This document shows positions 30,966-38,899 of a stretch of 64,000 nt of DNA, one piece after another. The stretch's first letter is position 1; every line of letters begins with the position of its first letter. Both the position numbers and the translations under genes were made by a program. The stretch is from Leptospiraceae bacterium (GTDB taxonomy: Bacteria > Spirochaetota > Leptospiria > Leptospirales > Leptonemataceae), in NCBI GenBank assembly GCA_040217195.1, contig JAVJNR010000009.1:170431-234430 (forward strand), given 5' to 3'. Below the pieces are notes generated by a model. It was not told the origin of the DNA, ran no database searches, and saw nothing but the letters and a program-made list of their open reading frames with translations.

Positions 30966-31019
30966 ATTCATTCCCAATGGAAGCCCCAGCCCCTCAGATT
31001 CCTGAGGGGTATTTTTTTT
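30962..31019 (+). ncRNA. Putative counter-transcribed (antisense) RNA to the rep leader, about 58 nt
   Basis: Promoter upstream; hairpin CCATT-N7-AATGG (30964-80); terminator GCCCCTCAG-ATTC-CTGAGGGGT-A-T8 (30989-31019) on the strand opposite all flanking genes. Confidence 0.6.
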
Positions 31020-31052
31020 GCGCTTTTATATTTTTATGAGACGCGCGACTGG

Positions 31053-31080
31053 ATTATGTCGCATAACCTACATCTGTCAA
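31053..31080 (-). promoter_or_regulatory. Putative sigma70 promoter for rep
   Basis: Minus strand TTGACA(31075-80)-N16-CATAAT(31053-58), implying a leader of about 160 nt. Confidence 0.65.
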
Positions 31081-31097
31081 GTACTTTAAAGTACGTA

Positions 31098-31949
31098 TCA
31101 ATTCGGGGTGTGCTGGATATTCTTCTTTAGCCAGTTCTCCAGGCTGCGTGCAGAGCGCGCATCCCCGGCATCGATTGTGATGACGCTGCCCTTGCGGGTT
31201 ATGGTTCGCTCACTGGTGCTGGCTGGTTTTTGCGGTGAAACGTGGCTGGATTTCTTGCTTTCGCTGGAGGGTTGAGTCTCCGAGTCGGCTTCTTTCTGTT
31301 CATCGGAAAAGAACTCTCTTGCGGAGCGGACTGTGCGGATAGACCCGGTTTCGTAGGCCGATAGAAACTCATTGAATCGATTCTTTCTGTGGGCCTGGAC
31401 GGCCTGGATGAGGAGGTTCTTATTTTCCAGCCCCGCTTCTCTGCAGCGACGAGCCGCATCCGCTGGAAGGCCCGCGATTCCCAGGATCTCTGTAATGTAA
31501 TTTCTTGATTTCCCTACAAGCTGAGCCAGTTCGGCATCGGAGTAGCTTTCCTGTTGCTTCAACCTGAGGAGCGCTTCCGCCTCTTCTTGAGCGGAAAGAT
31601 TTTCTCGCTGAAGGTTCTCAATAATAGCAATTCGGTAATAATCCCGCTCTTCCCGGGAAATAATTCTGCATTCTGCTTCTTTCCAGCCCAGTCGGTTCAG
31701 GGCATGAAATCGGCGTTCTCCGGCAATGATTCGGTACCCCTCCCCTGCTCTGGTTACAACAATGGGAGACAGGAGGCCGTCTTTCTTGATGCTTTCTGCC
31801 AGCTCGTCGACCCCAAGGGTTCGGTCCTTACGGGGCTGCTCCTCGGAAGGATGGATGCGGTCCAGTCGGATCCGGGTTATGGTGCCATCCAGGGACTCGG
31901 CCTGAAAAATATCGGCCAGGGTACCCAGCTTTTTATGTTTCGAGCTCAC
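31098..31949 (-). CDS. parB: ParB/RepB/Spo0J partition protein
   Basis: QPRK, LAESIKKDGLLSPIVV, IIAGERRFHA, IENLQRENLS, HTH LAQLVGKSRNYIT; GTG 31949 follows GGAGG and overlaps the parA end. Confidence 0.95.
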   Translation of the reverse strand: MSSKHKKLGTLADIFQAESLDGTITRIRLDRIHPSEEQPRKDRTLGVDELAESIKKDGLLSPIVVTRAGEGYRIIAGERRFHALNRLGWKEAECRIISREERDYYRIAIIENLQRENLSAQEEAEALLRLKQQESYSDAELAQLVGKSRNYITEILGIAGLPADAARRCREAGLENKNLLIQAVQAHRKNRFNEFLSAYETGSIRTVRSAREFFSDEQKEADSETQPSSESKKSSHVSPQKPASTSERTITRKGSVITIDAGDARSARSLENWLKKNIQHTPN

Positions 31950-32688
31950 GTAGAAGTTCCTCCAGGAAGTCCGAGTATTCTTTAGCCTGCTTGGATTCTG
32001 GAGCATAGTCAAAAATGCTCTTTCTTGCCAGGTGACTTTCTCCAATGGCAACGCCGGCGCTGATGTTGGATTCGAATACATGAAAGAACTGGGATACCAC
32101 TGGAAGGATGGTTTTGGTCAGCACGGTCTTGGCCTTGATCTGGGTTACTACGGCGCCGGCCACTTGCAACTCCGGGTTGATTCGGCGCTTGATGCTGTTG
32201 ATTGTCGTTTGAAGGCCGGTCATTCCATCAATGGAGAATTTCTCGGCCTGGGCCGGAACCACAACGTGAGTGGCGGCCACCAGGGCATTTACCGTGAAGA
32301 TCGAAAGGCTTGGCGGACAATCGATGATAATGAATTCATAGTCTCCTACAGATTGCAGCGCATCCCGCAGGATGTACGGTGCATCCACGTTCTGGCCCAT
32401 GGACTCAACCTCGGCCAGAGTGATTTTGGATGGAGCGAGCCAGAGATTTGGCTCGCCAGTTTCAATCACTGCATCCTTCAGTGCCCGGCCCTGGCTGAAA
32501 ACATTGTACAGGGTCACATCCAGGCTGTCCGGATTTGCGAATAATCCGGTAGTGTTGGCCTGCGGATCCATATCCACCAGCAACGTTTTCTTTTCTTTCT
32601 TTGCGAGCCCAAAGGCCAGGTTAATGGCGGTGGTGGTTTTGCCTTCTCCGCCTTTCTGGTTTGTGATCGCTATGATTCTGGTTTTCAC
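31933..32688 (-). CDS. parA: ParA/Soj partition ATPase
   Basis: NQKGGEGKTT, LVDMDPQAN, IIIDCPPSL; GTG start at 32688 preferred. Confidence 0.96.
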   Translation of the reverse strand: MKTRIIAITNQKGGEGKTTTAINLAFGLAKKEKKTLLVDMDPQANTTGLFANPDSLDVTLYNVFSQGRALKDAVIETGEPNLWLAPSKITLAEVESMGQNVDAPYILRDALQSVGDYEFIIIDCPPSLSIFTVNALVAATHVVVPAQAEKFSIDGMTGLQTTINSIKRRINPELQVAGAVVTQIKAKTVLTKTILPVVSQFFHVFESNISAGVAIGESHLARKSIFDYAPESKQAKEYSDFLEELLRELET

Positions 32689-32771
32689 AATTAATGCGAC
32701 ATAATAATAAGGAAGCATTTTTTCAAGAAACTTTTAATTGCGGATGAAAAAATCGCAAAACTCGGCTGAGT

Positions 32772-32991
32772 TGTCGGACATCCGACTATTTGGACTCCTG
32801 GTCTCGTTCCGTTTTCTGTCTCGGGCGCCGGTCGCCCAGGCCCGAGTTCCAGTAGTTGGGAGTCGCTATTTGTCGGACGTCCGACCTGTCCTGGCTGGCG
32901 GTGCCGATTCGTCTGCCCGGAGGCATGGCGCAGGCCGGGTCCGATCATGAATTAGGGCTCCTGAGGTTTTGAGGGTGTCGGATGTCCGACA
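32772..32991. repeat. Three palindromes TGTCGGA-N2-TCCGAC (candidate parS)
   Basis: GTCGGACATCCGAC 32773-86, GTCGGACGTCCGAC 32872-85, GTCGGATGTCCGAC 32977-90. Confidence 0.8.
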
Positions 32992-33049
32992 GTTGCCGGT
33001 AGCGCTCATCGTTGAATTTCAGGGAGTCACAAGTCGATACTAACAGAGT

Positions 33050-34318
33050 ATGGCTGAGCAGGAATTGCTAAATAGGCTTCTAGGCGGATCGTATCGCTCG
33101 GGCTTTCTTTCGGCCCTGGGGGATCAGTACAGTTATGTGCTCTTTGGCAGGCGCTCGGGGGCTTTTGCCCCGGTTCAGGGGCTCCCTGGTGCCGAGGCTG
33201 GAAAGCGCTATGGCTTTCTCCAGTCTGATCCGGCTCGGTGGGATCAGGCCCGCCGTCAGGGGTATCAGACGATTCCCGGAAGCCTTGTGGGTCTTCCTGG
33301 TCGGGATGTTTTCGTGGGCGTTCAGGGCGGTGCCAGCGTGGAGCATCTTCTGGTGGTGGATGCCCCGGAAGGGACTCTGCCTTCGCCTGAGTTTTTGCAG
33401 CTGCTGTTTCTGGCGGAGCTGGGAGCTCAAGAAGGAGGAGCGGACCCGGTGGATCTGCCTGTCTGGCTTGAGGATTCCCTGTCATATTTAATGCGAGTTC
33501 CATCTCCGATTCTCATTCTGTCCGAGCCTGGCTCTGCCGCCGAGCTCCTGGTGCAGGCGCTTGTGGATGGCCGCTTTGGCATGGACGATACTGTGTTTTT
33601 CCATCCCGGCCGTCTGTCCGAAGAGGTGCAGCTCAGAGAATTTTTCGGGGACCAGGCAAGCGCCCGCCTGGGGGATGCCTCGGTGGTGCCTGTGCTGGAG
33701 CGCGGTGCCCGGGCCATCATTATCGATGAGGTGTCTGATCTTTCCCAGTCCATGCAATTGAGAATACTGGCCCTGCTCTCGGATCCGGATAGCCCTGTGT
33801 CCTGGATCTTTACCAGCTCCAGGGATCTGGGGGCCATGGCTGAGGCCGGTCGTTTCCAGCCAGCTCTGCTGCGCGCGATTCGGGAAGGTGAGCTGTTGCT
33901 TGCTCCGGTGCGAAACCAGCGAGACAGAATTCCAGAGGAAGCGGAGAGGTTGCTTCGGATGTTTCGGCGGCAGTTTGGTCGCAATATCACTGTGACCGGG
34001 GAGGCCCTGGAGGCTCTGCGAGGGTACGATTGGCCAGGAAACTGGCAGGAGTTTCGGGACACTTTGAAATCTGCATTTCTTTTATGTCCTGGGTCCGAGC
34101 TCAGACGGGTGGATCTGCAATTCGGCAACTGGAACCAGGGGCAGGCCGATGATCTGAATCTTCGCCACCGTACCGCGGAGCTGGAGAAATCTCTGTTATT
34201 GCAGGCCTATGCATTACATGGTGGCAATCAGGTGCAGATGGCCCGGGCGCTGGGGATCTCCCGGGGGTCTCTTCAATACAGAATGAATAAGCTTGGCCTT
34301 GGTGGAAGAGAAGAGTGA
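33050..34318 (+). CDS. Degenerate sigma54-activator-like AAA+ protein with Fis-type HTH
   Basis: IIDEVSDLSQSMQLRIL, YDWPGNWQEF, HGGNQVQMARALGISRGSLQYRM; Walker A and GAFTGA are missing. Confidence 0.8.
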   Translation: MAEQELLNRLLGGSYRSGFLSALGDQYSYVLFGRRSGAFAPVQGLPGAEAGKRYGFLQSDPARWDQARRQGYQTIPGSLVGLPGRDVFVGVQGGASVEHLLVVDAPEGTLPSPEFLQLLFLAELGAQEGGADPVDLPVWLEDSLSYLMRVPSPILILSEPGSAAELLVQALVDGRFGMDDTVFFHPGRLSEEVQLREFFGDQASARLGDASVVPVLERGARAIIIDEVSDLSQSMQLRILALLSDPDSPVSWIFTSSRDLGAMAEAGRFQPALLRAIREGELLLAPVRNQRDRIPEEAERLLRMFRRQFGRNITVTGEALEALRGYDWPGNWQEFRDTLKSAFLLCPGSELRRVDLQFGNWNQGQADDLNLRHRTAELEKSLLLQAYALHGGNQVQMARALGISRGSLQYRMNKLGLGGREE

Positions 34319-35292
34319 CAGAGCATAAGGAAATGGTGACCCCCGCCGGATTTTCAATCCGCATTTTTACGGACCGGGGGGTTTGCAATGTCTCCCGAGA
34401 TGGTCGCCTTGAATTTCCGCAGGGTGGGGCGGCATCCTCCGATCAGCAGATCCCCGGGGTGATATTCATTGGTAAGTCCTTCGAGCCTTCCCTGAATCCG
34501 GATCAGTACCTCCTGGTTCCCAATCGGTCCAGAAGGCTTATCATTCCCTATCGCCTGGGGGATAGCATGGGGCGGCATATTCTATTGCCCTGTGGTTCCG
34601 CAGCAGACCAGTTTCCAATTGTGGTGGCATACTTCGCCTCGGCCCGTCAGCTAATTGATGCTGGAACACTCTATCGCGGAGCCCCCTGGCGTTATGTGGT
34701 CCTGGAGCCTCAAGTGGCGAGAATCGATTTGATGAGCCTGAAGGTTCATCGGCCGGACCTCAAAACATTTCTTTTAAAAGACCAGTCAGGTGAGGCGGCC
34801 GAGCCGTCCCCTGCTGCAGAGGAGAAGGTTCGGGCCACGGATATTGTAAATCAGGGTGGGGCAGGGGAGCATGCTTCGAACCCGGTTTTCCAGGCCAGGC
34901 TCCATCTGCGAAACCTCGCCCTGGATCGAATGGCCGAGCTTCCCGTTCGTTTTAATCTTAAATCCGAGGAAGTGGAGTTTATACGAACCTTTCTGGGCAT
35001 CATGATTCAAAATGAACGCGAAAATCCGGAGCTGGACCGAGTCAAAGAAAGACTTCAGCGTCTGGATGAGTTCTATCGCCTGCTATCTGTGGCTCTCCAG
35101 GATTCCGACGAATTCGACCGCGCTCTGGAAAAGGGCCTGGATAAGCCCCTGGCCACCGAACTTTTGCCGGTGGTGCGCAATATGCGATCTTTGAGCTCGG
35201 ACAGGGAAAGGCAAATCCGGTACTGGGAATGGGAATACCGGCTGAATGAGCTGGCGGGTGGCCCGGAATCGGAGAAAAACCCGCCCAGCTGA
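34315..35292 (+). CDS. Hypothetical protein
   Basis: 325-aa ORF with a 4-bp overlap to the upstream gene. Confidence 0.75.
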   Translation: MTEHKEMVTPAGFSIRIFTDRGVCNVSRDGRLEFPQGGAASSDQQIPGVIFIGKSFEPSLNPDQYLLVPNRSRRLIIPYRLGDSMGRHILLPCGSAADQFPIVVAYFASARQLIDAGTLYRGAPWRYVVLEPQVARIDLMSLKVHRPDLKTFLLKDQSGEAAEPSPAAEEKVRATDIVNQGGAGEHASNPVFQARLHLRNLALDRMAELPVRFNLKSEEVEFIRTFLGIMIQNERENPELDRVKERLQRLDEFYRLLSVALQDSDEFDRALEKGLDKPLATELLPVVRNMRSLSSDRERQIRYWEWEYRLNELAGGPESEKNPPS

Positions 35293-35962
35293 AGCAAAAA
35301 AATGATTGCTAAACCGGCGGAATGACTATGGAGTAAGCATAAGATGTTCTGGGCAACTGTCATTTTGTCAGCCGGAATGCTTTCAGGGGGGTCTCCTGAA
35401 AGCCCGCCCGAGCTGCGCCCGAACAATGTCGAAGTTCAGGCCTCGAATTCCGGCCTGATGGACCATACCAGAGTCGTGGCCAGGGATCGGGGGCAACTCC
35501 TGGCCCGAAACTCGGAAAAAGGGAAGGCTATTAACCAATCACAGAATCCCTCACAGGTGGTCAGGACAGACCGGGGGAGTCCGGTTTTGCCATCCGGGCA
35601 AATATCTAAACCAGGGGATGCTCCGAAAGAGGGGTTTTCCCCGGGCTTCCTGCAAGACCTGGAAGACGGGCAAGTTCAAATCCTTTACCCGGATTCCAAT
35701 GGGCTTTCAGCTCTGCAGACTGCCGGGAAGTCCGAGCGGGGAAGGGTTTTACTGGCAGAAAAGGGCCTCCTGAAGGCCCGCAAGTTGCGAAAAAACTCCA
35801 GTGTGCCGATGAAGAATGCTACAGTGGCCCGGCCAATGGAGCCCCTGTTGGCCGCCCAGTTGACGGAGCACCGGTCCCAGTATTCGACTAGAAACACGGT
35901 TGCCCGGCTACCTGTCCCTGTAACTCTGGCCTTTAAACCCCAGATAGAGAGGCTTTGCCGTT

Positions 35963-36358
35963 ATGTCGAGGAGCAATCCCGGCGTGGCTCGACTTCTGTC
36001 GGCCATGAAAAAACTGAACCGAGAAGTGAACGATCAGGAGATCTGCCGTCGGCTAGAAATACTGATCAACTCGGAGAAAGAGGATCTTCCCCCATCCTTT
36101 GTAAAGAGTCTGCTGGAGAGTCCTGCGGATTTCGATCCTTCTGCGGTGTCCGAACCCTATACCCAGTACGTGAAGCATTATCTTTACATGGTAAAAAGAG
36201 AGGACCGGGCCAGAGAGAAGCAGAGGCAGGAGACCGAAAGCAGGAAGCAGGCTGGCACCGGAGCCAGGAAAAAAGCCTCACGAAAGGGCGGCGCCACGCG
36301 AAAGAAATCGGCAGTGGCCAAGAAGAAAGCTTCAAAGAAGAGTTCTACAAGCCAATAA
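35963..36358 (+). CDS. Hypothetical protein with a basic K/A/S-rich (histone H1-like) tail
   Basis: GAGAGG RBS; globular-looking N-terminus, then ARKKASRKGGATRKKSAVAKKKASKKSS. Confidence 0.7.
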   Translation: MSRSNPGVARLLSAMKKLNREVNDQEICRRLEILINSEKEDLPPSFVKSLLESPADFDPSAVSEPYTQYVKHYLYMVKREDRAREKQRQETESRKQAGTGARKKASRKGGATRKKSAVAKKKASKKSSTSQ

Positions 36359-38615
36359 ATCTTTCCCTGTGGCAGCCGGGGAATGCGAGCGGGAATCGTT
36401 CCATGTACGAATTCATTGGTCGCCCCTTCGCTCCCTCAGTCGTTGGCCCCCGAAAAGCAATTCTGCTATTCTGAATCTAAATCTGAAATAAAGACCTGGA
36501 GAGCGTCGCCTCCCCGGAGCCTGGCCGAGGCCCTCCGGTTGCAGTAGACCGTGCCTGCAATTCGGCCCGGTTCCAATGTATCCAATTCCCTGGAGCCTGG
36601 AGCTGCCATCCACCAATCTCTAATACCTCAGTTACTCCTCTGTTCCAACCGGCCGGTGTAGCTGGTTGCAGGGGGGGGAGCCGCTGGCCAGATGGATCCT
36701 TCGGCCCCCCCAGGCTACAGCCGTGGCCCGGACAAATTCTTCTCTGTAGAAGCATCCACAGTCTGAGCACCGGCGAATGGGTCGCCCATTTTTGGGCATA
36801 GCTTATGAATCTGCCTGGTTCTGGGCCTTTGATCGCGATTGCTTCGTAATCGGCATGTGTCCAGCAGCCACCGAATACTAATCAATGAGAAATGAATCAT
36901 CCATTTAAGCACACAGTTTTGGCGATGGGCTGCTGCTCTCTCCAGGCTCCTGGCCGGGCCTTGCCGTTGTTTCTACCAGTCTTCCTGTATCCGCATATTA
37001 CTCCATAGGATTTCTATTATGCAGATCCATATTCAGACTCTTGCTATGGTCAGGCACATTGGCTCCTCCCGCAAGCTCAACGAATGCGAACAAGGACCCT
37101 GGTTTTAGAGTGCCCATCTATAATAGGCCGATGCAGTCCTGGAAGAACTGAGCTACCTACATAGCCTCCATGGCATCCCCGAAGCCCAGATACTACACAA
37201 GTTCCTTTTACTCCAAGCCAGTCTCAAGGAGGGCGGGCCACTATTACAGCCGGATTCCGCCTACAAATCAGGATGATTTGCTATTCAGGAGCCCGGGTGC
37301 ACGGCAAAAGAGATTCTCCCGGAATCATAAAAGGCGGCCTTCAAATCATCCTCGCCCATCTACAGGGGGCGCCATTTCTGGCATCGCTGCCGACCAGGTG
37401 GCAGAAGCCGGGCATTTACGATAATATATGCCCATTTATAAACACTTATTCGGACACGGGTCAAAGCAGAACACTTCTCAATCCAGGCCCCCGAATCAGC
37501 ACAGATAGCGTCCGTCTGGGCAGGATTCGAGCAGATAGGACCCTCTGTCACAACTGTTCGACAAAGAGCGACCTGTAAATGTTCCCTGGGTGTCAGCATT
37601 GAGGGTCTGGCCTAAGTGTTCCCGGATCGTTGCTTGGCAAGTGGTCGGGACAGACTTAGCCTGGCCTGAACCGCAAATGAGGCCCATTCGGGCACTAAAA
37701 ACAGGGACTGAACCGAGATCTGGCCATAAGTGTTCCCAATTAGGCACCTGGGGGCAAAAAAGATCCGTTTGAGCAGAGGTTAGCATAGGCCAGACCAGCC
37801 TTAAGTGGGAATCCGGGGGATTGGGGCGGGTTATGCTGCAATCCGAAGGGGGCTGTCGGGCATCAGTTCATGCAAGGAGACAAAAGGGCAGGAGAGAAGG
37901 AAGGAAGAACTATGTATACTGCCAATATGGCATGTGCATGTCGGACAGCCTGCGGATGACAGGATGGCGGGCTGTGTTCTGTGGGGGGCCGGGTGTTATC
38001 GGTGGTATAATCGGCGGTTCGTCCATGCCAGAAGGTCGGGCCGCTGCCGGAGCAGGTCGTAGATCTGGCTGAAGTTGAATGTTTTTTAATTGGGGGGGTG
38101 CCGAAAAATAGGCAATGATGACAGTCCTTGGCGAGAGGAACGGGCGGAAGGAGCACCTGTAATGGTCTCTGCATTCGATGAGCTTTCTGGAGGCCTGCTT
38201 GGGTCCGTGTTTCAGAGGCTTTTTGGCTGATGTGTGCTTAAGGTTAGAGGGCCAGGCAAGGGCACTTTTCCGGAAGGGTTCGTGGCAACCGTGGTATAAG
38301 ACGGGTCGACCCTGGAAATGGGGGGCTCCTGGTAGGGTCGCCGAGACTGGAGGTGGTGAAAAATGGGCAGTAATAGCTGCGGCCAGACTGGTTTGGCTGA
38401 ATAGAGTGGTGAGGAATAAGTAAAAGAGTGTGGGTGGAAGCTGGCCGGCATATGACTGCCGAGAGATAAGCACATTAGCTCGATCGGAGGCTTAGCCGGA
38501 TAGGGCTGCGTAAAAATCAGCAGTAGCGCCACACGGAATGAATAATTGCACCGGTCCGGTGGAGAAAGGTCCGGTTTTGGCTTGTTTTTCTTCTTTGTCG
38601 GGTTGAAATTGGGTT

Positions 38616-38831
38616 ATGGCGGAGTCCATTCGGGTTAAAGTGAAATGTCATGCATGCGGGAATGAAATCCGCGGAACGGCCAAATATGGGTCCGGTCACT
38701 ACGTAGCAGAAGGGGTTCCATTTGATTTTATTGCCACGGGCAAGATTGAATCGGATAAGGGCCGCCGGGTAAAGGGAGAGGTGATTTGCATCTGTCCCAG
38801 CTGTACCGTGAAGAACAAATTTCAGATTTAA
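38616..38831 (+). CDS. Small putative zinc-binding protein
   Basis: CHAC and CPSC pairs; lies upstream of thrS on the same strand. Confidence 0.7.
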   Translation: MAESIRVKVKCHACGNEIRGTAKYGSGHYVAEGVPFDFIATGKIESDKGRRVKGEVICICPSCTVKNKFQI

Positions 38832-38899
38832 ACTCATCCACAGAAAGCAATCTTGATTTAGGTTGCCGCCACGCTCCACCGCACATTTTATGAAGCCAT

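Noticed and set aside
27560..32688. Intact prophage interpretation of the par/rep/fibre block
   Set aside because: No integrase, terminase, capsid or lysis genes and no att repeats were seen; the flanks are housekeeping genes.
32772..32991. CRISPR interpretation of the spaced palindromes
   Set aside because: Repeats are only 14-16 bp with about 85-90 bp gaps, there are three copies, and no cas genes are present.
35720..35915. RNase P-like words (GGAAGTCCGAGC ... CCCGGCTA)
   Set aside because: The exact GAGGAAAGTCC and ACAGAA-CCGGCTTA motifs and the expected length are missing.
37414..37452. dif-like half site ATTTACGATAA
   Set aside because: It matches one XerD-type arm at 9/11, but there is no XerC arm at the 6-bp spacing.
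36413..38532. Many 67-187 aa ORFs on both strands
   Set aside because: Mutually overlapping, compositionally biased by the local skew, and lacking recognisable motifs; treated as non-coding.
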